From Candidatus Hadarchaeota archaeon (GTDB lineage: Archaea > Hadarchaeota > Hadarchaeia > Hadarchaeales > Hadarchaeaceae), in the NCBI GenBank assembly GCA_964514965.1, contig CAZETV010000001.1, forward strand, positions 360,001-392,000: a stretch of DNA of 32,000 bases. The letters run 5' to 3'. The notes under the pieces were generated by a model, which worked only from the letters and a program-made list of their open reading frames with translations, ran no database searches and was not told the origin of the DNA. Of the stretch, positions 15,748 through 25,206 are shown in pieces. Numbering within the stretch: the first letter of the stretch is position 1; every line of letters starts with the position of its first letter. The position numbers and the translations under genes were made by a program.

Positions 15748-16494
15748 TCATAACTTTTGATTTTCAAATTTAACAACTTTTGGCAGGCCACGAACGCTCT
15801 CGATGATAGCGTCTGGGCCGTACTTTTCTAATAGTTCCCGCCGCATCAGGCCCGTCAACACAGCGACTGTCCGTGCACCTATGATTTTTCCGTCCCTCAC
15901 ATCGTTCCAGTAATCACCCACGACCACACAGTCCCTAGGGTCAACTCCAAGCTTTTCGGCCGCGAGCTTCAATATCTCGACCTTGGAGAAGTGATGCTGC
16001 TCATCTAAATCTTTAATAGCGTCATCCCCAGTAACGATCGCCTTCACAAATTTGTCAAGCCCAAAACTCGCCAGCTCCTCTTTTATTTGGGTCGATGGGG
16101 CAACGCAACTTGTGATAACTGCAATGGGAACTCCCGCATCTTGAAGCTTTTGGAAAACTTCCCTCACGCCCGGAATCAGCTTGTTGCCTGGGTCGCCCGC
16201 TCGATATCTTCGCAAAAACTCGAGCCAGAATTCATGCAGCTTCCGTTCTCGTTCTTTATTGAACGCTGCAGTAATTACGTCATCAAGCGTGTCCGCAACA
16301 TAATATTTGAAGAACTCATCCCACCCCAGTGGTTTATCCCTACGCTCTCCGAGCAGTTGATTGAAGACATCATAAAATCGTTTGAGCGTGTCGACCAGTG
16401 TGCAATCGTAATCAAATATAACCGCTTTTGCTGTAATCATGAATTTTCCCCTTACAAGTACATCCTCTGCAGGCTTATCTTTTCTCGGCTTCAT
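15748..16494 (-). CDS. HAD-superfamily hydrolase (phosphoglycolate phosphatase-like)
   Basis: Motif I VIFDYDCTLVDT, motif II ITSC and motif IV VVGDYWNDVRDG. The likely true start is the internal ATG at 16440 (MITAKAVIFDYD). Confidence 0.8.
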   Translation of the reverse strand: MKPRKDKPAEDVLVRGKFMITAKAVIFDYDCTLVDTLKRFYDVFNQLLGERRDKPLGWDEFFKYYVADTLDDVITAAFNKERERKLHEFWLEFLRRYRAGDPGNKLIPGVREVFQKLQDAGVPIAVITSCVAPSTQIKEELASFGLDKFVKAIVTGDDAIKDLDEQHHFSKVEILKLAAEKLGVDPRDCVVVGDYWNDVRDGKIIGARTVAVLTGLMRRELLEKYGPDAIIESVRGLPKVVKFENQKL

Positions 16495-16673
16495 TTAAAA
16501 GACCCATGAAGATGTTTTTTAGATGATTGAAATTTGGATTCAACTTTTGCTGTGGAGTCACATTCTAACACTGCTTTAACCACACCAATCTGATCGAGCT
16601 TGAGTTTTCTTGAGACCTTATTATTGGAAATGTTGAATTTTTATCCGCAGCGCGCAAAGTAAAAAAAGAGAGA

Positions 16674-17330
16674 ATGAAAGCAGTTTGTTTGATTTCCGGC
16701 GGAATCGATAGCGCCACGGCGGCGGCGATAGCGAAGCGTGAAGGCTACGAACTTTATTGTCTTTCTTTCAACTACGGACAAATTGCGACCAATGAAATCG
16801 AAAGCGCCAAAAAAATCGCTGAGGCGCTGGGTGCCAAAGAGCACCGCGTTGTCGACATATCATTTCTGAAGCAGCTTTACGGTCCTGGTGCCACTGTGCT
16901 TCTCGATGCGCAAATGCCAATGCCTGAAAAGTTCGAGCAAAGTATAATCGTGCCATTTAGAAATGGTGTCCTGCTCTCCATTGCTGCCGGGTATGCAGCT
17001 ACTATAGGAGCAGAAGTAATTTTTTATGGCGCGCAAGGGAACGATGCACCATTTTATCCAGACTGCAGACAAGAGTTTGTCTCTGCCATCGCGCAGGCGA
17101 TATCGCTCGGCACCGAATCCAAGCTCACTGTAAGAACACCTCTAACAGACAAAAAAAAAGCCGAAGTGATAAAGCTGGCCGTTGAGTTTGGGATCCCTCT
17201 TGAAATTACATGGAGCTGCTACTTGAACCGCGAATTTCACTGTGGGCGCTGTGAGTCATGTCAGAACAGAAAGCGCGCGTTCGAAGAGGCGGGCATTAAA
17301 GACCCGACGATTTATGCCAAGGCTCCATAG
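16674..17330 (+). CDS. queC: 7-cyano-7-deazaguanine synthase
   Basis: PP-loop CLISGGIDSATAA and the C-terminal zinc cluster CYLNREFHCGRCESCQNRKRAF, in a protein of 218 aa. Confidence 0.9.
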   Translation: MKAVCLISGGIDSATAAAIAKREGYELYCLSFNYGQIATNEIESAKKIAEALGAKEHRVVDISFLKQLYGPGATVLLDAQMPMPEKFEQSIIVPFRNGVLLSIAAGYAATIGAEVIFYGAQGNDAPFYPDCRQEFVSAIAQAISLGTESKLTVRTPLTDKKKAEVIKLAVEFGIPLEITWSCYLNREFHCGRCESCQNRKRAFEEAGIKDPTIYAKAP

Positions 17331-17393
17331 GTAAAACAATCAACGTGACCATTAGGATATCCACAAGTATCTTATCGTCTTAGCGAGTTTATC

Positions 17394-17825
17394 CTATTTT
17401 TCAAACTCCCACAACGCCAAGCCAGTTGGTTGGTCGTATTCCCGTTCGAGTTTTTTACCAATCAATTCTTGAAGATGAAGTTCGGCCGCAAAAACCGTTG
17501 CATTTATCATGTGCCCTGCATAGGTCTTGCCTTTTTCGTCGGCGAGCACGGCATGAACATGCACAAATGGTTCGTCGCCCTTAAGGGATAGGTTACCGAA
17601 GCAACTCGCAATCTCCAAGGGCTTGTCGAGTTTAATTTGTTGGTACTCGTGCTTCACTTGGTCGTAGCAAGCCAGTTTCGCCTGCTTGACTGCACCGACC
17701 ACGGTAAAGACCGCCATCTTGACTCGTTTCTTCTTTACAAAATTTACGACCGACTGCACAAAAGCTGAATTATGCTCAAGCCTACACAAGAAAAACCTGC
17801 CTAGCTTATAGCTTTCTGATTGCAC
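17394..17825 (-). CDS. PPC / DUF296 domain protein
   Basis: 143 aa with the pattern GAV..A.L........Y..I.L..PLEI.S..GN.S......FVHVHAVL.D..G...AGH...A.V.AAE. Confidence 0.55.
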   Translation of the reverse strand: MQSESYKLGRFFLCRLEHNSAFVQSVVNFVKKKRVKMAVFTVVGAVKQAKLACYDQVKHEYQQIKLDKPLEIASCFGNLSLKGDEPFVHVHAVLADEKGKTYAGHMINATVFAAELHLQELIGKKLEREYDQPTGLALWEFEK

Positions 17826-17981
17826 ATTTACCCCAACCTATATCTGTGCAAAGACTTAAGTTATTTCCACATTCGAATAGACGCGCGCAAACGTTTTTCG
17901 ACTATATTTGGATTCTGCGCTCAGCACTTTGCCACACCAAAAATCTCTTTGGCTAATGTAGACAATTTCTTGCGGGATTAA

Positions 17982-19214
17982 ATGGCTGAGTTCGTCGCAA
18001 TCTCTAAGTCAGGCCCCCTCGCCGCAAACGAGGCGATGAATGCCCTCAAAGACGGAAAAAATGTGGTGCTCTTAGGCGGTGGTGTCGCGCTGGAGGAAGA
18101 AGTCGAGCTTAAGCAAGTTGCAGTTAAACGTGGACTCTTGCTCTTTGGCCCGAGATGCGACACTGCTATCGTCAATGGCACAAGTTACGGATTCTCCAAC
18201 GTGGTGCGCCAAGGTTCCATTGGCATTGTCGGCACCCTCGGAACTGGAATCCAAGAAGTTTCATGTTTAGTCGATAATGTTGGAATCTCACACATTTTTG
18301 GAGTGGGTACGCGCGACCTCTCGCAAAAAGTCGGCGGGATTGGGACGCTCTCGGCGTTGAAATTTCTGGAAGCTGACGAAGCAACAGAGGTCATCGTTCT
18401 GGTAAGTAGAGCCCCAGCGACTAGCATAACCCGCCTAGTTCTGAATGCAGTCAGCACCATTAGAAAGCCCGCAGTCGTGTGTTTTCTTGGAGACGACGCA
18501 AAGCTGATTTCCAAAGCTGGAGCAACACCCGCAGCCACGTTGGAGGACGCGGCGGCCAAGGCGGTTGCGCTGGCGCGGGGGGAAAAACCAAAAACAATCA
18601 GCTCCACGCTTCTTCCAAGTGAAGCCAAAGTGCTGGCCGAGCAGGAGTATTCAAAATTTGGCTATGGGCAAAAGTACATCAGGGGACTCTTTTCAGGAAG
18701 CGGATTGTGCATGGAAGCAATGTTGGTTTTGCAGAAGCTTGTGGGCGATGTTTACTCGAACGTCCCGCTTCGCCCAAAGATGCGATTACCAGACCCCCGC
18801 TCAAGCAAGCGCCATGTATGCGTCGATTTCGAGGCGGATGAATTTGCGCGAGGATTACCCAACCCTATTATCAATTTCGATCTCCGGTGTCAACGAATTC
18901 TGAAAGAGGCGCGAGACTGGGAGGTGGCCACGCTGTTATTCGATGTCGTTCTGGGGCAGGGCGCTCACTCCGACCCAGCATATGAGTTGACCAAAGCGGT
19001 CGAAGAAGCGAAGAGCATAACTGACCGGGAGGGAGGCTATCTCAGCGTGGTGGCATCCGTAATTGGAACTTCTCGAGACCCGCAAAATTTACCTGTACAA
19101 CGTGAGAAACTAGAAAAAGCCGGCATTATAGTCATGCCATCAAATGTTCAAGCGGCGCGGATGGCTGCGCTGATAGCCACTCATGGAGATGTATGGAAAA
19201 AAATGAGTTTGTGA
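17982..19214 (+). CDS. FdrA-family (succinyl-CoA-synthetase-alpha-like) protein, short at the N-terminus
   Basis: As I recall the E. coli FdrA sequence, this protein is collinear with it from about residue 135 onward. Examples are VELKQVAVKRGLLLFGPRCDTAIVNG, IGIVGTLGTGIQE, GVGTRDLSQKVGGIGTLSALKFLEADE, and the C-terminal LLFDVVLGQGAHSDPA...VIGTSRDPQN..EKAGIIV. A TAA lies immediately upstream of the ATG. Confidence 0.7.
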   Translation: MAEFVAISKSGPLAANEAMNALKDGKNVVLLGGGVALEEEVELKQVAVKRGLLLFGPRCDTAIVNGTSYGFSNVVRQGSIGIVGTLGTGIQEVSCLVDNVGISHIFGVGTRDLSQKVGGIGTLSALKFLEADEATEVIVLVSRAPATSITRLVLNAVSTIRKPAVVCFLGDDAKLISKAGATPAATLEDAAAKAVALARGEKPKTISSTLLPSEAKVLAEQEYSKFGYGQKYIRGLFSGSGLCMEAMLVLQKLVGDVYSNVPLRPKMRLPDPRSSKRHVCVDFEADEFARGLPNPIINFDLRCQRILKEARDWEVATLLFDVVLGQGAHSDPAYELTKAVEEAKSITDREGGYLSVVASVIGTSRDPQNLPVQREKLEKAGIIVMPSNVQAARMAALIATHGDVWKKMSL

Positions 19215-19262
19215 AAGGATAAATCGAACTAAGCTATTAATAAGACTTGGAGTACGAAACCG

Positions 19263-20186
19263 ATGCCACACGAACTAATCATTGTGGGCGGAGGACCTGC
19301 CGGCTTGAGCGCTGGAATATTCGGCGCCAGGAGCGGTCTGAAGACACTAATACTTGAGAAGGCGGTGGCAGGAGGACTAGCGGGAGAGGCTCCCTTGATC
19401 GAGAACTACCCCGGCCTAGATGCGATAAGGGGTATGGAACTCGTGAAGAAATTGAAGGAACACGCTGCAAAATACGTTGAGCTTAGAGAATTTGAACCCG
19501 TGAAGGACATAGAAGTCGGGGAGGATTTTTTGGTCCGCACGGAGAAAGGAGAGCACCTCACAAGAGCCCTGATACTCGCGACCGGCACGACCCACAGGAA
19601 ACTGGGCGTGAAAGGAGAAAATGAATTTTTTGGAAGGGGCGTATCCTATTGCGCCACCTGCGACGGTTTCCTCTTCAAGGGTAAGAAAATAGCGGTAGTC
19701 GGGGGCGGAAATTCTGCCGCGATGGAAGCTATTTACCTTGATAGTGTGGGATGTGATGTCACCTTAATTCACAGAAGAGACAAACTCAGGGCAGAGAATT
19801 ATCTTCAAAGAAATTTAGAGGAAAAAATTGACATCCGCTTGAATTCCGTAGTGGAGGGGATAACAGGTGATAATTTCGTGAAAAAGGTTAGAATAAACAA
19901 CACGAAGGAAAATACTAAAAAAGACCTCGAAGTAGCAGGAGTTTTCGTGTCAATAGGAGAGAACCCCAACAGCGAATTCGCGGCGAAAATCGGAATTTCC
20001 CTTGATGAGGAGGGCTATATCACAACCGACAAAACCCAGAGGACGAACATTCCCAGAGTTTATGCTGCGGGTGATGTAACGGGTGGAGTTAAACAGATTG
20101 TGGTGGCGTGTTCCAAGGGTGCGGTTGCTGCGTTATCGGCCTTCGAGGACCTCAGAAATCCCTACTGGGTAAAAAAAGTCCGTTAG
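19263..20186 (+). CDS. trxB: Thioredoxin-disulfide reductase
   Basis: FAD motif [12 protein letters not shown], redox-active CATCDG, NADPH motif [12 protein letters not shown] and C-terminal AAGDVTG. Confidence 0.9.
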   Translation: MPHELIIVGGGPAGLSAGIFGARSGLKTLILEKAVAGGLAGEAPLIENYPGLDAIRGMELVKKLKEHAAKYVELREFEPVKDIEVGEDFLVRTEKGEHLTRALILATGTTHRKLGVKGENEFFGRGVSYCATCDGFLFKGKKIAVVGGGNSAAMEAIYLDSVGCDVTLIHRRDKLRAENYLQRNLEEKIDIRLNSVVEGITGDNFVKKVRINNTKENTKKDLEVAGVFVSIGENPNSEFAAKIGISLDEEGYITTDKTQRTNIPRVYAAGDVTGGVKQIVVACSKGAVAALSAFEDLRNPYWVKKVR

Positions 20187-20218
20187 TGAAACCAAATCTC
20201 CGCAACTTTTCATCCAAA

Positions 20219-20836
20219 TTACGAGCCAGATTTGGTTCGTCGTCCTCCCCTTACGAACAGAAGGGGAAAAACAATATCACTCACGCAGCATGGAATCCAC
20301 ACCGCTACGAAGAGTATCGGGAAAATGAGCGGCAATAGCGGGAGCCAGTCCGCCGGAGCTACAAATGTTGTTAAGTAAAAAAGCGACGCGTAAGTACTTG
20401 TCAACACATGCCCTGCGTGCGGGACCTTTGTTCTAGACCATGACAGTCCAATCGCGATGCCAGCAAGCGCTGAGAGAGTTATGAGCCATGTGTGTTCGAT
20501 GAGAGATATGTGAAGAGTTATGGGTAACCCCAGCAACACCCCTCCGATATAAGGAAAAAATATATCGCTTATCGAACCTATCGCGATCGATCCGACGAAA
20601 CCGATTCCCACTGCCATCGCAACACTACCACGATATCTTCGATACATGGCAGTAGTTACGAGCGCGCTCAATACAATGCGGAGAGGATGCAAAACGTAGA
20701 AAATTGTATCAGAGGTTTCGAACGTAATCCCAACAAAGATTATAATGTTCATAAGAACTCCTCCGGTAAGAGCTCCAAATGCCGTGAAGGGAGCGTGTCT
20801 CTTGAGTTCATAAATGATTTGCTGTAGTAAACTCAA
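20219..20836 (-). CDS. Hypothetical polytopic membrane protein, possible metal transporter
   Basis: 205 aa with about 6 TM segments carrying intramembrane His residues (HPLRIV, HISLIEH, HAGH). It lies 17 nt downstream of a DtxR/MntR-family regulator on the same strand. The function is inferred from context only. Confidence 0.45.
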   Translation of the reverse strand: MSLLQQIIYELKRHAPFTAFGALTGGVLMNIIIFVGITFETSDTIFYVLHPLRIVLSALVTTAMYRRYRGSVAMAVGIGFVGSIAIGSISDIFFPYIGGVLLGLPITLHISLIEHTWLITLSALAGIAIGLSWSRTKVPHAGHVLTSTYASLFYLTTFVAPADWLPLLPLIFPILFVAVWIPCCVSDIVFPLLFVRGGRRTKSGS

Positions 20837-20853
20837 GTTGTTTCACCTTCCAT

Positions 20854-21291
20854 TTATTTTTTCTTGCATTTTGAATCGCTGAAGATAACATTTTTGCATG
20901 GACAGATTTCTGGATGTCCGTAAGCCTTACAAATGGCGTTGATGAGTCCCCTCGAAGCACGGTAATCCAACTTAGAGGCCTCTTTGCAGGCCCTTTGGGT
21001 ATTGTACTTAAGGAAATCCGTAAAGAGAACCTCAAAAATCCTGTGCTTTCTCAGTAACTTCTGGGCTTCTGCGATACCCTCTTTCGTCAGCTCAACGCCA
21101 CGGTAGCGCCTATGTAAGATAAGTTTTTTATCGGAAAGATTTTGCATCACTTCAGTCACTGTGGCTGGTCGAACTCCAAGAGATTTTGCCACAACCGTAG
21201 TCCTGACCCTAGTGGATTGCTCGTACTGCCCTCTGTATATTAATTTTAAATATTTCGCTTCATTCTCAGTTATACTTAGCTCAGAACGCAT
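20854..21291 (-). CDS. DtxR/MntR-family metal-dependent transcriptional regulator (short form)
   Basis: N-terminal wHTH ENEAKYLKLIY....VRTTVVAKSLGVRPATVTEVMQNLSDKKLI and a dimerisation helix LTKEGIAEAQKLLRKHRIFEVLF. The tail is Cys-rich. Confidence 0.75.
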   Translation of the reverse strand: MRSELSITENEAKYLKLIYRGQYEQSTRVRTTVVAKSLGVRPATVTEVMQNLSDKKLILHRRYRGVELTKEGIAEAQKLLRKHRIFEVLFTDFLKYNTQRACKEASKLDYRASRGLINAICKAYGHPEICPCKNVIFSDSKCKKK

Positions 21292-21310
21292 AACATTCCC
21301 ACCATATTAT

Positions 21311-21358
21311 TTTAGGGTTCCTAAATTTAACGGTTTAGGGGTTTCCTAAATTTAACGG
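21311..21358. promoter_or_regulatory. Tandem 23/25-bp operator-like repeat, each unit an inverted repeat TTTAGG-N3/5-CCTAAA followed by TTTAACGG
   Basis: Read directly: TTTAGGGTTCCTAAATTTAACGG (21311-21333) and TTTAGGGGTTTCCTAAATTTAACGG (21334-21358). They lie in the divergent intergenic region between the DtxR-family gene and pdaD. Confidence 0.6.
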
Positions 21359-21441
21359 TTGAGGCTCTAATCCAAAGACACTGCAGTAACCAAAAGGTTA
21401 AAAATAAATATTTATAATTCAACCTAGAAGAAATCGAGGAG

Positions 21442-21993
21442 ATGAAAATGGACTTTCTGCCGAGATATCTATTCCTCACCCGCGGAGTCGGACACGACCG
21501 GGAAAAATTAAAATCATTCGAATACGCCTTGGAAAATGCGGGTGTCGCGAGGTTCAACTTAGTGTCGGTTTCAAGCATAATCCCTCCAGGGTGCAAAATG
21601 ATATCTCGGGAAAAGGGTTTGAGCCACCTGCGCGATGGACAAATTATTTTTGGTGTTTTCGGAAAATGCTGCAGCAACGAGCGGAGGAGGCTAATATCCG
21701 CAAGCATAGGTTGCGCTCTTCCAGCAGACAAAAACACTTACGGGTATATCAGCGAACACGATGCCTACGGGCAAACGGCGGAAGAAGCCGGCGATTACTC
21801 AGAAGACTTGGCGGCTTCTATGCTCGCGGGCGCTTTAGGTTTACCTTTTGACCCAGACAAAAGCTGGAACGAGAGAAAACAAATATGGAAGATTTCTCGA
21901 AAAATCGTAAGGACTACAAACATGACACAGACCGCCTTGGTGAAGGAAGGAATGTGGTCAACGGTCTTCGCCGGAGCGGTTTTTGTGCTATAG
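21442..21993 (+). CDS. pdaD: Pyruvoyl-dependent arginine decarboxylase
   Basis: Motifs TRGVG, KLKSFEYALENAGVARFNLVSVSSIIPPGC (self-cleavage VSS site) and C-terminal WSTVFAGAVFV. Confidence 0.85.
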   Translation: MKMDFLPRYLFLTRGVGHDREKLKSFEYALENAGVARFNLVSVSSIIPPGCKMISREKGLSHLRDGQIIFGVFGKCCSNERRRLISASIGCALPADKNTYGYISEHDAYGQTAEEAGDYSEDLAASMLAGALGLPFDPDKSWNERKQIWKISRKIVRTTNMTQTALVKEGMWSTVFAGAVFVL

Positions 21994-22029
21994 CGCGAGA
22001 AGTAAGCTACTATTTGCATTTGCCTATTT

Positions 22030-23205
22030 TCAGAGCTCATCCTCCGTGATTATGTGAAAGCCACTCCTCTTTAACAATGCAGCCGTAACTCCGTCTCCTT
22101 CGACCAACCTATCAGAAAATGTTCCACTATAAATTTTCCCACACCCGCAGGAAGGACTCCTCGCTTTCAATATAGCGTCCTTCACTCCTAGAAACTTCGC
22201 GATCTTCAAAACTTCTTCTGCACCTTTTACCAAATTTTCTGTCACGTCCTTACCGCTCCTGTTCACAACCATCGCCTTTCCATCCAAAACCTCCGAACCT
22301 CCTCCTTTGATTATCTCCATGGGCTCCCTAGGCGTTCCAAGCCCACCGAGTTGCTCAGGGCAGACAGGAATCAACATCTCTTTCGCGGCCAGCCACATTA
22401 CTTTCTCATCAAAGTTGTTTTGACAATTGTGCCTACAGTTAATTCCCAACAGGCATGCGCTCACGAGCCTCTTGGCTTGTTTCGATGCAACGCTGGCCGG
22501 CTGCTGTAAGCGTTCGAGCCCACTTATTGACACGGCTTCAACTTCCTTAGGGATTCCTATATCAGCTATTGTAACCGTACCCGTGTATTCCTTCGCTTCA
22601 AGAAAACCCCTCTTCATTTTATGGAAAGTTACGGTACAAGTTGCTTTAACCGCAAGCCCGTGCACCTCGCCAGTCGAAGGATTCAATCCTGTTGGCGAGT
22701 CTACTGAAACCACTGGGGTGCCTGACTCATTTATCAAGCGCACTACGGATGAAAATGGTTCCCTCAACGAGCCTCTCAAACCAGTCCCAAGCATGGCATC
22801 GACGATTACGTCTGCGTGCTTTTTGTAACGCTTTGCTTTCTCGAGGTCGGAAGGGCCTCTAATCACGTAGATTTTAATATTTCGTTCCATCTTCTGTATC
22901 AAGTTCCAATTCAGGCGCGCCTCCTCGGTGTGGATACCTCCAGGGTCTCCGATTAAGAAAAGATTGACTTTAGCTCCCTTGTTCGTTAAGTGTCTAGCGG
23001 CGACAAACCCATCTCCACCATTGTTCCCAGTCCCAGCGAAAACGATAATCTTTAATCTGTGGTTGAATTTCTCCATTATCGTTCGCGCAACTGCACCTCC
23101 AGCGTTTTCCATCAGTAAGAGACGTGAAATTCCAAATTCTACTGCTTTCTTATCTATCTCGGCCATTTCTTCTGCAGTAATTGTTCCAAGTTCAATTTTC
23201 GGCAT
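22030..23205 (-). CDS. Fusion protein: N-terminal YjeF_N (NAD(P)HX epimerase) domain and C-terminal DUF523 / TudS-like domain
   Basis: Residues 1 to about 225 carry VFAGTGNNGGDGFVAARHL and DAMLGTGL (YjeF_N). Residues about 246-391 carry LVSACLLG, IPVCPEQLGGLGTPREP and ARSPSCGCG (three DUF523 Cys). It is a single uninterrupted ORF. Confidence 0.75.
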   Translation of the reverse strand: MPKIELGTITAEEMAEIDKKAVEFGISRLLLMENAGGAVARTIMEKFNHRLKIIVFAGTGNNGGDGFVAARHLTNKGAKVNLFLIGDPGGIHTEEARLNWNLIQKMERNIKIYVIRGPSDLEKAKRYKKHADVIVDAMLGTGLRGSLREPFSSVVRLINESGTPVVSVDSPTGLNPSTGEVHGLAVKATCTVTFHKMKRGFLEAKEYTGTVTIADIGIPKEVEAVSISGLERLQQPASVASKQAKRLVSACLLGINCRHNCQNNFDEKVMWLAAKEMLIPVCPEQLGGLGTPREPMEIIKGGGSEVLDGKAMVVNRSGKDVTENLVKGAEEVLKIAKFLGVKDAILKARSPSCGCGKIYSGTFSDRLVEGDGVTAALLKRSGFHIITEDEL

Positions 23206-23277
23206 CCTTATGGCGCCTCAAAATTTATGATTACTTCTCATCAGATCCCATTCTTAAGCTACAAAGTATATTTTAGC

Positions 23278-25203
23278 TTAGGCCAAGACCAGCAGCCTGA
23301 ACGCGATGCCACCCAGAATGAGGGCAAACGCTATCTCGAACACAGTTATATAAACGGTCTTCTTCCACCCCAGTTCCTTAACCAACGCTGCGATGGTTGC
23401 GATGCAGGGGATGTAGTACATCACGACTATGGCAAAGACAATCATTTGAATCGGAGTTAATACTGTTGCAAAATTCGTCGTGTTCGTGAGGGCCGCGAGC
23501 ATGACTAACGTGAGTTCCTTCCTGAGAATCCCAAAGATGAGCAGGACGCCTGTAATCACGGGCAGCCCCAACCACTCAACCGTTATTGGGCTCAAGGTAT
23601 TCGCGATAGGTTCCAACAGGCCTCCAACCTTTAATCCAGTAAGCACAAAGCTACCAATGATAATCAACGGAAACGCGATGTAAACAAAATCCTTCACCTT
23701 CATCCAAGTCTCTTTCAACACTGAACGCAAGTGCGGCTTCCGGTAGGGTGGCATCTCCATGATCAGCCCCATAGGTTCACCCGGTATGGCCTTGAACGCG
23801 ACCCTCCCCAAGATGAAAATTATCGCCAAATTGAGCAGGTATAATGCCAGCGCCCAATGAATCCCCACAAATGCTCCGACTAAACCTAGAACCACAATCG
23901 TCACGGCGGCACACGGTACTAACGTCACAACAAACGCAGCAATTGTTCGTTCTCGCTCGGTCTCCATTATCCTACACCCCAAACACGCGGGGACATTGCA
24001 GCCGTAGCCGAGTATGAACGGAATGAATGCTTTGCCGTGAATTCCCATCTTATGCATCAGGCTATCAGTCATGAACGCAGCACGAGGCAGGTACCCCGAG
24101 CCTTCTAGGAGAGTTAGGATAAGGTAGAAGGGCAGGATGAACGGCAGCACTATGGCTATCCCCGCTATCAATCCACCTAAGACCCCTTCTCCAATCAACT
24201 CCCCTATCTCACCTCCAAATACACCTCTAATCGGCCCCATCACGTCTTCAAAAAACCCGCTCAGATATCCGCCGACGGTAAAAACTGTGAAGAGGACCAG
24301 AAGCATAATGCCTATCAGGATTGGATAGCCCATGACCGGGTGGGTTGTCACCGCGTCCAGTCTTTCCGTTAGAGATGGCCCCCGCAACGGCGTAATCTGC
24401 TGGCTGTCCCTAGCAATTTTGTTCGCGACGTTATAGCGCTCGGATGTTATTATAGTTGAACATGGCTCGCCGTGAATTTTTTCTAAGTTACTCGCGTGCC
24501 TCTCAGCGCTGGAAACTATTTTCTGATCAATCCTGCCGACAATCCTCTTTATTTCTTCATCACCTTCGAGGAGTTTGATCGCGATCCATCTCGGTGGATA
24601 TTTAATAGGAATCTTTTCCACGAGCTTTGTGACCTTACTAATCTTTTCTTCTATTTCCCTACCGTATCTAATCTTAGCTGGCTTCGCCTTCTTGCCCTTC
24701 GCAATCTTCACAGCTTTGCCCATCAACTTACCTAGGCCGGTCCCCCCTGCGGCAATAGTTGGGATTATAGGTATACCGAGGGATTTTTGCAGTTGGGGAA
24801 TATTGATGGTTATGCCTTTCCCCTTAGCCGCATCTATTTGGTTCAGCGCCATAACCATCGGCGTCTCCAGTTCAAGCAACTGGATGGTGAAAAAGAGGTT
24901 TCTTTCGAGTACTGCGGCGTCGACGATGTTTATGACGATGTCCGGTTTTTGAGTTGCGATGTAATCCCGGGAGACCCGCTCCTCAATCGAGAACGCGGAG
25001 AGTGAATAAATACCGGGCAGGTCGATGATATCTATCGTGCGCCCCTTGAAATGAAGCGTCCCCTCCGCCTTTTCAACCGTCTTGCCAGGCCAGTTCCCGA
25101 TGTGTTGGTGTAACCCAGTAAAATAATTGAAGATGACGCTCTTTCCGACGTTTGCATTGCCCGCTAAGGCAATGGTTAAATTTCTCTTCTCGGCTGTTGA
25201 CAT
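23278..25203 (-). CDS. feoB: Ferrous iron transporter B
   Basis: N-terminal G-domain (IALAGNANVGKSVIFN, DLPGIYSL, ALNQID) followed by a polytopic permease. 641 aa. Confidence 0.9.
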   Translation of the reverse strand: MSTAEKRNLTIALAGNANVGKSVIFNYFTGLHQHIGNWPGKTVEKAEGTLHFKGRTIDIIDLPGIYSLSAFSIEERVSRDYIATQKPDIVINIVDAAVLERNLFFTIQLLELETPMVMALNQIDAAKGKGITINIPQLQKSLGIPIIPTIAAGGTGLGKLMGKAVKIAKGKKAKPAKIRYGREIEEKISKVTKLVEKIPIKYPPRWIAIKLLEGDEEIKRIVGRIDQKIVSSAERHASNLEKIHGEPCSTIITSERYNVANKIARDSQQITPLRGPSLTERLDAVTTHPVMGYPILIGIMLLVLFTVFTVGGYLSGFFEDVMGPIRGVFGGEIGELIGEGVLGGLIAGIAIVLPFILPFYLILTLLEGSGYLPRAAFMTDSLMHKMGIHGKAFIPFILGYGCNVPACLGCRIMETERERTIAAFVVTLVPCAAVTIVVLGLVGAFVGIHWALALYLLNLAIIFILGRVAFKAIPGEPMGLIMEMPPYRKPHLRSVLKETWMKVKDFVYIAFPLIIIGSFVLTGLKVGGLLEPIANTLSPITVEWLGLPVITGVLLIFGILRKELTLVMLAALTNTTNFATVLTPIQMIVFAIVVMYYIPCIATIAALVKELGWKKTVYITVFEIAFALILGGIAFRLLVLA

Positions 25204-25206
25204 TTT

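Noticed and set aside
17900-17961. A short upstream frame reading LDSALSTLPHQKS resembles the FdrA segment WDSACQKLP, which suggested a frameshifted N-terminal remnant
   Set aside because: The spacing to the aligned body of the protein is wrong by about 15 residues. The match is only about 6 residues. The remaining roughly 100 N-terminal residues would have to overlap the DUF296 gene. It is most likely coincidence.
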